NCBI RefSeq assembly: GCF_032191835.1
Contig: NC_083228.1
Coordinates: 59,458,001-59,522,000 of the forward strand
DNA length: 64,000 nt
Reading direction: 5' to 3'
Source: Heteronotia binoei
Taxonomy: Eukaryota
Part shown: one piece after another, positions 14,163 through 28,690 of the stretch
Layout: every line of letters starts with the position of its first letter
How positions within the stretch are numbered: the first letter of the stretch is position 1
Translations under genes and position numbers: made by a program
The notes under the pieces: generated by a model
Told to the model about the DNA's origin: nothing
What the model saw: the letters and a program-made list of their open reading frames with translations, nothing else
Databases searched by the model: none

Positions 14163-15350
14163 GTCTGATATTCTCTGCACACTAAGTATGTACTGTACCA
14201 CTCAGCTGTTGTTGACAAGAGACAGCTGATTGGTCATAATGGTGCAGAGTTTTCCTCTGACCTTGGGCTGATGCAGGAAATCAACTGCAGCTTAAGCCTG
14301 TTATGTTTCATCCACGTGTGCTGGTATATCTGTGAATTCTGGGGGAGTGAGTAAATGTGGACTGAATCATGTATTTATTTTGGAATCGGTATGTCTGCGC
14401 ATAGTGACATTATCACCTTCACTTCACAATGTTTGTGCGAAATTAACAATTTACAGGGGGTGGGGGCTATTTCTCACAAACACCTCCATATAAAAAGGAG
14501 GTGGCAAAAATCACTGTGTGAAAACTTTGCCACCTGAATGTCTGATTAGGTCTATGACAGGATTGCCACGGGCAAATGTATCACACTGTTATGGCCCCAT
14601 TTTTATTGTTCAGAGGGAACTACTGGGAAGCAAGAAGTAGAGTTGTATGTCCAACATTTTTTAAAAAATGAACAGTGCCACAAACTGGCTGGTGCTGTTT
14701 CCTTGGGGTTTCCTGGTGCCATGCTCTAGCATCTCTGCTTTTCCTTCACTTTACCCCTGTTTCTTGCCAATCTCTTGTCAACTCTCTGTCCTGAATATTA
14801 AGTCCAACACCATGTTGCACAAAGATTAATGTCTTTGTAGCAGCTCTAGATTGCAGTGTGCTTTGCTGCATTGCTCTTTAGTTTGCTGCTTATGTCTTTC
14901 TAGGCTGACCCTCCTCTTCATCCAAAAGGACTATTTTAATCCATTCTACTTATTCTGATCCATTATACTCGATCTGAAACAGAAATATACAAAATATATA
15001 CATATACATCCATGTGTGTGCTGTCTTCAAAGAAACAGGGCTGAAAGAAAGCCAGTACAAGCCAGTTCAGAGGCCAAAACGATCATTCCCATCTTTAGCT
15101 ACAAGCCTCTTGAAAGACAGACACTACTGCTTAGAAATTTGTTACTTTTTTTTCTGCTGAGAAATTTGTTACTTTCTCTTCTAACAAGGAAAATCTAAGA
15201 TGTGTCATTTTTCTTTGCTTAAGCCAAAACCAGTTTCATCCCTCTTCCTTGTTTCTAGGCTGTATGGACATACCTGTATCTTTACTACTTACATAACAGA
15301 AGAAACTTCCACCATTGCAGTTTGTCTCACATTTTGGCAAGTGTAGAATG

Positions 15351-15963
15351 TAGGGTTGCCAAGTCCAATTCAAGAAATATCTGGGGACTTTGGGGGTGGA
15401 GCCAGGAGACTTCGGGAGTGGAGCCAGGAGCAAGGTTGTGACAAGCATATTTGAACTCCAAAGGGAGTTCTGGCCATCACGTTGAAAGGGATGCACACCT
15501 TTTAAATGCTTTCCCTTCGTTGGAAATAATGGATAGGGGCACCTTCTTTTAGGGCTCATAGAATTGGACCCCCTGGTCCAATCTTTTTGAAACTTGGAGA
15601 GCATTTTGAGGAGAAACATCAGATGCTATGCTGAAAATGTGGTGCCTCTACCTCAAAGAACAGTCCCTCCAGAGTCCCAGATTACCTCCAGATCAATTCT
15701 CCATTATACCCAATGGGAATCTATCTCCATAGGGAATAATGAAGTGCCCAGCAGACATTTTCCTCCCCCACCCCCCATTTCTGATGACTCTGAAGTGGGG
15801 GATTGGCATTCCTACTCATAAGTTGCAGAACTTCCAACTTCTTCAAAGTAACACAGAACAACCAAAGGTTCATTCCCCCCGCCCCCTTCTGATGATCCTT
15901 AAATGGGGGAAGGGCATCCAAACTGGGGGATCTGCTGCCCCCACCTGGGGATTGGCAACCCTA
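15351..15963 (+). mobile_element. hAT MITE family C, copy 3 (3' segment duplicated around an insert)
   Basis: Both TIRs present, TSD GTAGAATG / GTGGAATG (7/8). Confidence 0.9.
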
Positions 15964-16904
15964 GTGGAATGCCATGTACTGATGAGAAAAGCTGCCCCAA
16001 CTGAAATTCTGTCATATAATTATAAAAGAAAAGCTGCTAAAATCCCTGTCTTCTGAACTATTAACATTCAGAAAAGAATTTCTGAACACAGAAGGCTCCA
16101 TTTAAGGATCATAGGTAACTACAATTGATGGACAATAATTCAAACACTTTCTGTAATTTCTTATACAGCCATCTAAACAAGTGGTCATCCCTTGATCCTG
16201 TGGCAGTACATTTCACAAGTTAATTATACATTCTGTGAAGTTGTACTTAACTTTTGTCTGCTCTGTTATCTTCATTGGGTACCCCTGAATTACAGTACTG
16301 TGAGAGAGGAAGAAAAAAGTTGCCTTTAACTCCTTTCTTTACTCCATTCCTAAATCCTCATTCCTCAAATGTCAGCATTATCCAGCTTTGTCATCAAAAG
16401 GCTGTGATCCAGAAAAGGTATAATACATTAGAATAAAAGAGACTTCCATTTACATCAACTTGGAGTAGCCCCATGCAAATTGCTGTTCCATAGCTTCAGT
16501 TCTCTATTAAATGTGACTTCATAGTTGCTGTGAATAGAGATTATTGAATTTTAGGAGATTGCAGGTGTTCAAAAATCAGACTTATTTTGCTCATGATATT
16601 CATTTTTGGTCAAGTCAAATGAAGATTATTTGGTTGCTATTAAAAATGAAGTATTTCCAGCAATTTTGCATCTGTACAGCAGGTACTATTCTGCATGGTT
16701 GCTAGTTGAGTAACTGCTGCTGGTTCATGTTCTCAGTTTGCTATTTGGATTACCTCTAGCTAAGAGGTAACAAGGACTAACCATTTCAATTAAACTATAT
16801 TTTAAATTATGTGATTTTCACCATGTTGGTGTATACGCAGAAAATAGTGGGTCAAACTACAGTTCCAATCAGCATTGTGAGAATTTCAGTTTAATTTAGA
16901 AAAA

Positions 16905-17005
16905 AAGTTTGAGTCCAGTAGCACCTTTAAGACCAACAAAGTTTAATGCACACTTCATCATTTTGTTCTGTTGCTTCAGACCAGCAGGGCTACCCACCTG
17001 AATCT
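16905..17005. mobile_element. Penelope-like element terminal fragment
   Basis: AGTAGCACCTTTAAGACCAACAAAGTTT...GTTGCTTCAGACCA...GGCTACCCACCTGAATCTA resembles squamate PLE ends as I recall them. Not searched. Confidence 0.5.
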
Positions 17006-17362
17006 AATAGATTTACTTAATTTGTGGGGTCAGAAGGCAAAATGGACAAGGCTGGAATATTATAGAGAATATTATTTCCCCACCTTCAACTGCACCCCAA
17101 AATCATAGAGATTACAAAATAAAGTACTTCATTTGTAAATTATTTTTTGTTCTGCCACACAAACACAATAGGTGCAATGCGATTTAATAACACTTTAGAA
17201 TATTGAACAAAAAGCAAATGTTTTCTGAATGACTGAGGGTGCTTTTACAATTTTTGTAATTTATGACCAAATTATAGTTTGACCTGAATTTTTCCCCTTC
17301 TCTGGTTATGACAATTGAACATCACTCTGTAGGGCTGGTGTTATAGAGATGATTAATAAAAC

Positions 17363-17563
17363 CAGGGTTGTTTTTTTTCAGTAGGAACACACAGGAACAC
17401 AGTTTCAGCTGGTTTGGTGTCAGGGGTGTGGCCTAATATGTAAATGAGTTCCTGCTGGATGTTTTCTGTGAAAAAGGCCCACGTGAAACAATGGTGATGT
17501 CATGAGGTGTGGCCTAATATGCAAATAAGTTCCTGCTGGACTTGTTCTACGAAAAAAGCTCTG
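17363..17563. mobile_element. hAT MITE with duplicated GGCCTAATATG(C/T)AAAT motif
   Basis: Ends CAGGGTTGTTTT / AAAAAAGCTCTG, TSD AATAAAAC / AATTAAAC (7/8). Confidence 0.7.
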
Positions 17564-20500
17564 AATTAAACTATCAGTGAAGGCAGTTTTGAGTTTATTC
17601 AACAAACCAAGAATGAGCATATTAACATATAAAGCTACCATATGAGGTCATTGGTCGTCCCAGTATTAGTTACAAAGGCTTACTGTGCTGTAACTGGTAG
17701 GTATTCTTTTCTATCCCTTTTCTCTAACTGTAGATGCTCGTGTCTGTACCTTACTTGGAGTAATGAAGTTCTGTCCTTTCTTCTGATTCTGGACTTCAAT
17801 ATGATTTGGAAGAGTACATTATTGCTTTTTCACATGGAGAGTTAGAATTAATTTGTTATTTGTAAGTAGTTAGAAAAATCAACCCTTCATTAAGGCTGGA
17901 AGCAGCTGGCCTTCTTAAATGCATGGATGGTTTTCTAGAAATTCTCTTCTTTGATAGTAGTTCAAATCTGAGTCATCCAGTTATGAATTGCCATAGAAAC
18001 ATTTATGTATGTCTGAATACAGGACAATATCCTCTGCAACATCCAGTTCCTGTTAAAGCACTCCACTGAGTGTCCCATAAAGCTTTACTGAAAGAGCCAC
18101 TTTGCTTGCCTGTCCCACGTGCATATTAATTTAGAGTGTTCTCCCCATCAATATGTTTTCAGTGTTTGCTATACTGAAAAGTGTTCTTGAGCTTCACTCG
18201 ACTGGCAGACGGACAGAGAGGAATAAAATTACCCTCTGAAATACAGTCAGCTTGATTTTTTAACAGAATGCTTGCATTTATTTATTTTTTAAAGTTTGGA
18301 ATCTAACTCTGTTTATGCCGTCTTTGCCATCAGGCAAAAAGCTAAATGCCCATAAACTGCTGCATTAATTTCAGGGTGGTCATTATGAATACACAATACT
18401 GAATTGGTTAATGCTCAAATAGCTTTCTTTGGGGGAGGAAATGGCAGTCCACTTCCAAAACATTGTCAAGTTCATAAATGAGCTTTTGAATTAAGATATT
18501 GCTGTGCACCTTGAATGCTACCCAAATACTGAATGCTTAAATACTTAGATGTTTTAAGCACTGAAATCAAGGGCTTCATGTTCATTCTAGGTTTTAAGTA
18601 CTTCTTGGCTGTTCATTATGTCTTTTACATTATTATTGTGGATTTTTCTGTTCTGGGATTTGAGTCTTTGCCTAACATAACAAGTACCAAGCCAGTCTTA
18701 ACATTATACCTTTTCTGTTCAATGCTCCACCTAGTCTGTCTCGTCCAGTGCACCCCCAGAGAGGTTGCTTCAAGGACAGAAGGGAATAATTTGTTTTCAA
18801 TTGCCATTAGAATTTTCAGCCTCTTTGACTAATAGAAGCTGCCAAAAGAGGCATGAATTAATGTCAGATTGGGTGATGGCTTGGGTAGTTGGGAGAATGT
18901 GATTTGATGGTGCAGAACACAACCCATAAACTTACTGTATGTAAAAAAACACTGGTGCTGTAACAATGGAATTGCACTTGAAACACCAACACTCTAATCC
19001 AGTTATTCCATCCAGTAGCTATGCAGAATTTTCTCTGTACTCCAATGCCTTTCCCATTCATTTCAATGGAGGAAACAGTTCTGTGTGAGCTTTTCAGTAT
19101 GTAAACAGGAAATGAATAGCGCAGACATAGGAACAGACGCTCACTGTGCATACCCAAGTGCTCACAAGGTCTCTGGATTGGGTTGATTTTGTCCATCATG
19201 TGGCAACAAACTATTTTAAGTGCTGCAAGATGACATGGGCTTCATCACAAGTCTTCCTTCTTATGCACTGCTTAGCTTCTTTGACCTTAGCTTACAGAAG
19301 AGCTGAGAATTTTTTTTCTTTAAAAGAATGCCACAGTTACAGCTGTGGCATATGTAATTTTGTGGGTCAGTAGGCTCAAGCTACAGTCTGTGGGACTACC
19401 AAAGAAAGAATCCAAGTTCTTGACCAGTTTGCAAAAAAAAAAAGTTTGGCTATTTGCCTTGAATATGTCAGTACTCTATGGTGTCAGAGGGCAGTTTGTT
19501 CAGGTGGAAATTCCTTTAAATACAGCCAAATGCCAAAAAGTCTGTCTCATTATTTTTTAAATACACACTTACATACAATGACCAATTCCCTGCCCTGAGC
19601 TCTGCAGAAAACATTTCTGAGCCAAGATCTACATGTGGATAGTGGCTGGAAAAGGATACAAGAGGGCTGAGATAACTAGCAAGTAGTCTGTCATCATTAG
19701 TTTGTGGTCTTTAGATGAAACATCCTAGAAATCAGATCAGAATAGAGGCTCTGATAAGAAGGACAGGAGATTGGGAAAACATGATCAGTGCCTTTTTTGA
19801 GTTTTCCTTATCTTGATATTGTCAGCAGTTACCACAGAATAAACAAAATATCTACACAGCATTACCAAAATTCCACTTACCATCAGGAAATTCACATCCA
19901 ATATCACTTTTACCATGTGTTCTTCAGGTTCTTGGTAATCATTGATAGAATATTATTAGTTGATAAAAGGTTGGCTTTTTTTTTTACTTTTCAGGCTTCC
20001 AAAATAATTGTTTAGAAGTGGATAGAATCTTTAGCTATTTTCAGTAGCTCCTTTGTGATCCCACTGAAATGTATGGTACACCCTGGGATATCATCAAAGA
20101 AATGCACTTGACGGCAAAACTTTAAAATATTGGTGGCAGAAAGCATGTGACAGCAAAAATTTAAAATATTGATTTAGGAAAAAAGAAAATCTGAATGCAT
20201 CCATAAATAAATCCCATAACTGGATTAAATGTGATCTTTGAAAGCCCCCAAATCATGATATTCAAGAACAAGCAAAAAAAAATTGACTTTATTTTTCATT
20301 TAATCCATTTTACTTCACCTTTCCATTTTCAGACAGATTCTCAAGGAAGCTAATTAACACAGCCCTCTTCCCAGCATTCTTCATGGCAGGTTTTCTTACC
20401 TGACCAGCACTGCTAAGTGCAAAAAGACGTGTTTCTTTTCTGTTGTTCTGGCAAGCTGATAGCAGTATTCATGGGACAATGAGAGAAAAGCAAAACCACT

Positions 20501-20849
20501 TCCACCCAAGCCCAGAGGGCATACTTACTCTACATCTCTAGTTGCTGCTACCATCTATCCCAAAGCAAGATGCAAATCTCACTTGCTTTAAAAAATCAGA
20601 AGATGGATCACAAATCAACGATGGGTATTGCTAGAACCTTGTATCAGTTTTATCCCAATTTAACTGTCATCACTCCCACCCAAAATCCTGACATTTTTTT
20701 TGTTGAAGGTGCTAAGAATTCTTTCTTAGAGATTTTTACCCCACCTTCTCTCTGAAAAAACAGCTCCCTCGAGCAAGGGAAGGACTGTTAATTCAGCCGA
20801 AGTCCATGGCACAGACAAATCCTATGATCTGTGTGCAGACAATATCTTT

Positions 20850-21650
20850 TGGTTCTTACAGGAATCCGGCCCCACCCTGGCCGTGCCGCAAAAGCGGCTA
20901 TGGCCGCGGGGCCGCACTTTGCAGCCCCGGCAGGATCAAAGGGCTGCTTCCCGTGCATCCAGGAACTCGGCGCGGGCTGGGGCCGATGCTATAAGAAGCC
21001 TCGGCCCTGCCTCTCCCCACGCAGTCCCGGGGAGTTGTTGGCCCGCCCACCCACCCTGCAGTAGTATGGGTTTTACCGGTCGCCTTATTAGGGGCCAGGT
21101 AGGAATTTTTTCACTATCACCTGATTGGCCGTTGGTGGTGTGTTTTTCGCCTACCTTGTACTGCAAGCAGTGGTGTGGTTGTTAGGTAGGTAGGTAATTC
21201 GGTCACTTGGCGGAATGAGCAAGGGGTTCAGACCTTGCCGGTGAGCACCCAGGCCTAAGCACCTGCATTGTGCAGGCGATCCGTAGGAAGGCAGATGGGC
21301 TTCACAGCTCAATGTCATGAATACGGATCGGGTTTCATGCGTCCCCTTGGTCGCCCCCTTCTGGTGATCGGGGCGGGTTTAAGGTGAGGGCATGTGTGGT
21401 CTGCCGGCCCGGTTCTAGCCACATTAGTATGGCTGGGGTAGGGTGGCTCGCCTGTTCGTGGGACTTGGCGGGGTCAGGTGCTGAACTCAGGGCTTGTCCT
21501 ACTTCAGTTTACCTTGCCAGGTTGTGTTATGTTAATAAAGTGTCCCGTTTTTCCCAATTCTTGTGTATGCCTTTTTATTCCGTATTAGGGTGCAATGTAC
21601 ATTTCCAGACCTTTTTGAGTGTCAAACTTATTTTGGGGGGTTTGTGACAA
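20850..21650 (+). mobile_element. CpG-rich LTR-like or DIRS/Ngaro-like terminal repeat (unclassified)
   Basis: Abrupt CpG-rich block with TATAAG at about 20989, AATAAA at about 21534 and a TGTGACA end. No TSD identified. Confidence 0.4.
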
Positions 21651-23632
21651 AGGGCCCTTTTACTATTGAAAGTTCATACCCTTAAAAATCTTGTTGGTCT
21701 CTAAGGTTCTGTTGAACTCAAATCAAAGTATCCTTATTCACATAAACGATGTAAAGGTGTTTGTGTGTATTCATAAACTAGGACACTTGAAATTAGATTT
21801 CAATCTGTCTAATTTTATTCCATCCAGGCAATCAGCCTCAAGTTCCTAGGCTTTGGTAGGAAGGCACCTGATCATCTGCCTTGCATCTGTCTGTTTACTT
21901 GTCTGTCTGCCATCTAAGAATATTACCAAATAGCAGTACAAATATGTCACTGAGTGTGTGGTGTAATTATTGCATTTTCTGCACTCTGAGTAATGACTTT
22001 CTGCCGTTCTGCTAAGATAATTATAAAGGTGCTGATGAGTTAGGCATCTGTGGGAATGAGATTGCGTTTGGCAAGAAGCTCCTATGAAACATCAAAGATT
22101 TTCAAGGTTGAAATGGGGGGTAGGAAAGACCCTCATTTAAAAATGAAGGTTAGTTAATACACAGATCCAAACACATGCACATGTACATACAAGGGACTGA
22201 AATGAAAAACAAGCAAGATTTGTGTCTCTCATTTGGATTGTAATCACTTTAGGGCTGTGACCCTGTCTTCTCAAAGAGGCATATGTTTCTGTGCTGCCAT
22301 CTTGAAGAGCATAAATAACAATGAAATTGGTTTAATTATGTGCTTTACTCCCAGATAGAACCTCTCAAAATTATAACACAACTGCTTCTCACTTTTAAAG
22401 ATGAGCCCATCTGTTGATCTAAACCTTCTGTGTAGATTTCATAAATCAAAAGGCAAGGCATAATATTTAAATAAAAAACAAAATAAGTAGCTAAGATATT
22501 TCTTGGATTTCCTTCACTATCCCCTAAGCAGGTCTTTAAAAATACAAGGACCAGTGTCCTACCATGACATGGAATTGTACAGAATGTTGTCCTAGAAGGA
22601 AAAAGAATGTTCTAATGCTCACCATGCTGTGGTAAAAGGCAGAAATACTGGACAGAATGCCAGCTTCCTTCTGTATACTTCCTGCATATCTGCAGCCTCT
22701 CCTCCTTGCCTTATATAGTCAATTCCTTGTAGTCTTCTGGTGGGTGCTTTATTTCCATACTTACTTTGAAGTCTTTATTTTTTTTTAATGACTGCATAGT
22801 ACAAGTACATCCCTTTAGTAGGCAATCAGCTATTATTGAACCAATCAGAGTCAAAGGATACGAATAATCAGTTTTTCTTTTTTTAAAAAAAATAAAAACA
22901 TACTTTATTTAATCATAAAACATCATAACAATGAAAGGAGAGCAGAATGCAATACAGCAACCCAAAAAAGATAAATATATGAATACCAAATGGACAAGCT
23001 TACAAATATAATAACCTTGAGTGAAAATGAGAGGAATATTGGTACAAGTATCAGTTTGTTTCAAAACAATAATCAGTTTTTCTTAATAGACAAATCTTTG
23101 TATTCCTTGGTCACCATAAGCTTCTATCAGTACTTCTGCTTTTATTTTTTTTATATTCTTTGCCAAAAAGGCCCATTTTACTATAACACTGAAAAACTAT
23201 GTTGAAAATGGAATGGGGAAAGAATTGAAAATAAAAATTACGGCTTAAATAATAATGCCATATTTAAATACCTGAACAGTTACAAATGCCCAGTTTCTAA
23301 AGACTTCTTGGGCTATGGCTATGGCTATGGCATTGTGCCTTTTCATCCCATAAAAACCAATATAAACAACTCTGACATGAGTTTGCTGTGATGGTTCCCC
23401 CTTATTTCCTAAATACCAAGCTAAAAAGGTTCTGATAGTTCTAACTAAGAACACAAGGATGACCAAGAGACTATCATCAGCAGACATAGGGTTGACAGGC
23501 CTAGCCTGGCCTGGCAACCAGAAAAAACACAAAGGGCAGGGGGGGGGGGAGGAGAGTGTGCAGCAATCAGATACAATGTGATATTTAAACAAATCAGCAC
23601 TTAAATGCTCACCTGGTTTTAGGGATGGTCTA

Positions 23633-23885
23633 ACAGCCAGTTTGGCATAGTGGTTAAGAGTGGTGGACTAGAATCTGGAGAACTGTCTTTGATTCCCTCC
23701 CCACTCCTTCACATGCAGCCAGCTGGGTGACCATGGCATGGGCCAGTCACAGTTCTCCCAGAGCTGTTCTCTTAACAGCAGTTCTCTCAGCGCTCTCTCA
23801 GCCCCACCTACATCACAGGGTGTCTGTTGTGGAGAGAGGCAGGGAAGGAGATTTTAAGCTGCTCTGAGATTCCAAGTGAAGGAGT
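23633..23885 (+). mobile_element. tRNA-derived squamate SINE
   Basis: AGCCAGTTTGGCATAGTGGTTAAGAGTGG...TTTGATTCCC (boxes A/B), body matches 27178-27452 and 34330-34578. Confidence 0.85.
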
Positions 23886-24169
23886 CCAAATTCACCCACA
23901 GCCACCACCCACTCAGGCTCAGACTGACTGTGCCATCAATTGCTCAGGTAGCTGAGAGAGAAGAAGGGGGGGGGGAGAGAACCAGCATGAAGGTCTGAGG
24001 TAGTATTATCATAGGGCCTCTAAAACTGTCATTTTTTATGGCCTCCTTATGTTAGAATCTGGTCCTGTCAAAGGAAATACTAAAAATAGGGTCTGTCCCT
24101 GGCAAACAAAGACAGTTGGATTGCAGCATATATAAACTCAGACTTAAACTAGAGTTGTCAGGTCTATCC

Positions 24170-24545
24170 TGGCAATAGGCAGGGAATAGAAAGGACTTAC
24201 TAAAAACAGGAGGGAGGCCCAGGTGACATAGCACGGAATGTGTCTATGTCACTTCCAGCATGCATTGGAAATGATGTCACCATATTGTTCTGTCCTGAAC
24301 AAAAACTCAGTGACTTCTACCATGCAGTTTTTGTCCAAATACCAGAGCATCCCCTAGACTTTACTGACATGATGACATCAGTTCCTATGTGTGTTGGAAG
24401 TGATATCACCATGTTGCTGGCAATGAAGCCTGGACTTCTTTCTCTCTGGTAAGTCCCCTCACCAGCCAGCTGATTGGTGGCAAGGGGCAGGGCCTAGTAG
24501 TGGAGAACCCCCACCTCCTGGAGGGAGGGCGGTCTGGCAACCCTA
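24170..24545. mobile_element. TAGGGTTGCCAG-type hAT MITE remnant
   Basis: Ends CTGGCAACCCTA. Internal TGACATGATGA/GTCACTTCC motifs shared with 28877-29292. Confidence 0.6.
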
Positions 24546-27177
24546 CCTTAAACTGAGTTTCAAACTGAAAAGCATTTGCAATAAGAGCACAAAGTGATGC
24601 ACCACCGTAGTGATCCAGTGTCTGATAAATGACTGGATCAAGCTTGGGAACTAAGTTTGTTTGAAACAGATACTGGACTCAATGAACCATCAGCATGGTT
24701 GATCTTATACTGAGTGCTTCACTGTAAACGGGTTTCCTGCTAATCTTCAGAATCTGGATCTCCATGCTTAAGGGGCATTTTTCACTGAGACAAGAATTAA
24801 TGGAAGGGGGTAGCTGTGTAAACAATGGTCATATCTCAGCCACTAGATCAAATCAAACTAAAGAACAATAAAGAGTAAATTGCAAGATTTTATAACCAAA
24901 ATTGCAGAAATAAATTACATATATCTATATAATTCTATATCATAGAATTCCATTTCCAGTGACACATAATTTATTATTGGCAGCCTTTCCCTTGCACCAT
25001 GTATCCTGAGCCATCATACATAAATCTTGTCCATGCTATCTCAACTAAAATGCTATCATAAACATCATCGCCACTGGGAAATTCTTGCCACTTAGCAGGT
25101 ATTTTAATGTTCCTGTTGCTCAGACATTTGCTGATCAGTCCTAGGAAGAATTATGCTGAAGGCAAAACATTGACTTTATTGCTGTCTGTAATAGGCAGAT
25201 ATTTCTTGCAAGGGATTTCCTGCAATAAATACCTGTGTCATTCTGACTACAAAAAGTTGTTGCCTTGTAACACTTTGCAGTTGAAATGCAGTCTTTGTAC
25301 AAGTAATGATTATATAAGTACTACCACTCTTGAACTAACAATGCAGAAAAGATAATGAAGAGAGGAGTTTTATGTTTTCCATCATAATTTTAGTGAAAGG
25401 AAAACATTCCCTGGCTAGAGTACAGCTGACTGGATGTAACTGCTAGGCATCTGCCGGCAGAAAAAAAGAGTACTCAGCAGGGGATTCAAAAGCCACAAGG
25501 AACATTTTAGCCATTTTTTACTGATCCATATTATATTGTTTTAATTTTTAAAAAGAAAACAGAAAATATCAGATGAGTAGGAATAGGTAAGCTTAGTATT
25601 GCACCTGTATCTTTTAGGAATGGAAAAATGAACCATTATATTGCTGTGACTGACTGTCAACAGGTAGCAAGCAATCACTGAGGAAACACTAGCTAAATGA
25701 TAAACCAAACAGAGGAATGATCAGCTAGCATGTCTGTGGAAAAGAGAGGGAGAAGGACAGTGTAAAACAGATATTTTCAGAGATGCCAAGCAAGAATAAA
25801 GTTACTGCTACCTACCATGTTTTTCTGGAGGCAGAAAATACTTCTTCCAGAAGAAAATGGGGAGATTTTGACATTTCTCCATCCCTTTGTTGACCCCCAC
25901 AGAGATACCTGTACATACTGTTCCATAGGTCCACTAGCACCTGGAAACATTTTTAGGGGACTGCAGCAAGTTAGAGAAGTGGGAAAGTTGGCTCCAGTTA
26001 TCTAAACCAATGACAACTGAGACTTTATAATGCAAGAACATTTTATAAAAATACTTCTGTCAGTTCTTTGCTTTTCTGAATTAGCAGCTAGTAACTATAC
26101 CACTACATGCAAAACTTGGGTGAAGCATTTTAGGGTGCATGATCTTTCTCTCTGTGTCTTGATTTGGTGCGATGCCTTGTAAGTATTACCCTTTGCTCCC
26201 ACCTGTGGCCTATTCACATATTTGTAAATAAATATGGCATGGACATTATGCGTCTCCAGTGCTTCCCCACCCAAAGGGAAGCAACCTGAATATACTGCCA
26301 CTGAAACTTCATGCTACACAGAGAAATGGGGAGCAGGTCACTATATCCTGCAGTTTCTTACTACACTTCCAATAGTGGCTCAACAGGCAAAGTCACGTTT
26401 TTTACATGGCTCCTCACAGATGCCAAGCTGGAAAGAAAGAAAAAGTCACTGCTGCCTACCAGTTAAGGTCTCACAGAAGAATGAATGGGCCAGATGAAGC
26501 AGATTAGGAAACTGATTAGCAGCAGTCTTTTGCCTTTCCAGAATACACATAAGCTTACACTATAATAACATTTAGTAGGATTTACACCTGATATTTCATT
26601 GCTTCTTGGAGTAAACAAGCAATTAAGACATATAAAGAGATTAATAGGTGCTGTATCTCTAACACTTGAAACTTTTGAAAGCAGTTTTGTTCCTTTATAA
26701 ATAAAACAGTGAGCCAGAATTGTTAACACAGTTTGATTGAAATTTGATATGGCCAGTGGGGTAGTCCTATTAAAGTCAGTGGGATGCTTCTAAAGTAAGT
26801 AAGCTTTGAACTGCATAATAATTAAAGTCACAATTTTAATGACTATTTCCCCTTGAGAGGATATATTGCCTGATTTGTATAAAATGACAATATAACAATC
26901 CAGGCTATTTATTTATTAGACTGATTAATATCTCAGTTTTTCCACTGTTTATACTATAGAAAGTGGATTGAAAGTGCATTATTTAGTGTAGGTGATCACA
27001 GCCAGTCACAACCTATATGTTAGCTTTCCCTTTTCTGGTGCCATGGCCAAAAGCTAGATTAAGTATTCCTACCAGTCTCTTTGGAGGAGGGGGGCAATAA
27101 TATGTCTGGAGCAAATCACAAAACATCAGCATTACACGTAGCCTGGCCATGTCTCCCCATGTCATGGCAGCATAACA

Positions 27178-27452
27178 GAAGAAGAAGAAGCTGCAGATTT
27201 ATACGACCTTCTCTCTGAATCAGAGACTCAGAGCGGCTTACAATCTCTCATAACTTCTTCCCCCATAACAGACATCCTGTGAAGTGGGTAGGGCTGAGAG
27301 GACAACTCCTGTGAGGACAACTCCCTTTCAAGGACAACTCCTGTGATAGCTATGCTTAACCCAAGGGCATTCCAGCAGCTGCAAGTGGAGGAGTGGGGAA
27401 TCAAACCCTGTTCTCCCAGATAAGAGTCCACACACTTAACCACTACACCAAA
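27178..27452 (-). mobile_element. tRNA-derived squamate SINE
   Basis: Reverse complement has head GTTTGGTGTAGTGGTTAAGTG and a (CTT)n tail. Confidence 0.85.
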
Positions 27453-27522
27453 CAGATATCAAGTACTATTTCCTGGGCCCTTAGTTATGTAGAATATGCT
27501 TCCCTAATCCTATCCAGCAGGA

Positions 27523-27755
27523 GAGCCAGCATGGTGTTATGTTTAAGAGAGGTGGACTCTAAACTGGAGAACCTAGTTTGACTTCCCACTGTTCCACACG
27601 AAGCCTGCTGGATGACCTTAGATCAGTCACCGTTATCTCAGAACTCTGTCAGCCCCACCTATCTCACATGGTGCTTGTTGTGGAGAGAAGAAAGGAAGGC
27701 AATTGTAAGCTGCTTGGAGTTGAGAAAAGCAGTGTATAAAAATCAACTCTTCTTC
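27523..27755 (+). mobile_element. tRNA-derived squamate SINE
   Basis: GGAGAGCCAGCATGGTGTTATGTTTAAGAGAGG head, tail GTATAAAAATC...TTCTTCT. Confidence 0.75.
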
Positions 27756-27854
27756 TATCCAATATGTTTCCCTAATCGTATCTGATATATGCATCTCAAA
27801 ATCCATGAACTTTTGCATAAACTCTGTGTGTGTGAGTGAGAGAGAGAGAGAGAG

Positions 27855-28690
27855 GTCAACATTATGAATTAATGTTCTCCAAAATGTCCTATCAGCAACA
27901 GCCTTATTCAGGTGTTGCAAATTGAGGGCCATAGTGTCCTTGATAGAGTCAATCCATCTCTTGTTGGGTCTTCCTCTTTTCCTGCTGCCTTCAACTTTTC
28001 CTAGCATTATTTTTCCCCGTTACTCTTGTTTTCTGATCATGTCTGTCCCCAGACATGATGATGTCACTTCCAGATCATATAGAAAATACTATAGCCTCCA
28101 TTTGGTCATTTTAACTTCTAGGGAGGGTTCAGGCTTAATTTGTCTTTTTGGTGGTCTACAGTATCTGTAAAACTGTTCTCCAATAACACATTTCAAAGGA
28201 ATCAATTTCCTGTCAACTTTCGTCATTGTCCAACTTTCATATCCATACATAGTGATGGGGAATACTATGGCATGAATTGACATGATCCTGGCTGCCTTCC
28301 CCAGTTTCAATCTCCTGACTTCTTGGGTGCAGTCTCCCTTTTGGTTGACGATGGAGCCAAGGAATAGAAAATCTTGAACAATTTGAATTTATTTTTCATC
28401 AGCCTTAAAGTTGTGTAATTCCACAGTAGTCATTTTGGTCTTCTTGATGTTCAACTGTAATCCTGCTTCAGCACTTTCTGCTTTAAGTTTTAGCAGTAGC
28501 CATCTCAAGTCTTCACTGTATTCTGCTAGTAATGTGCTGTCATCTGCATATCTCAAATTGTTTCACCAGTTTTCACCACACCATTTATATCTAATCCAGC
28601 TTTCCTTATGATAATGTTCTGCATATAGATTGAAGAGATAGGGAGATAAAATATATTCTTGTCTGACACATTTGCCAGTTGGAAAATAAA
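27855..28690 (-). mobile_element. RTE/BovB-like LINE 3' fragment
   Basis: Peptides MLGKVEGSRKRGRPNKRWIDSIKD..., VFPITMYGYESWTM, VRQEYILSPYLFNLYAE are typical of the RTE ORF C-terminus. Fragmented. Confidence 0.9.
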
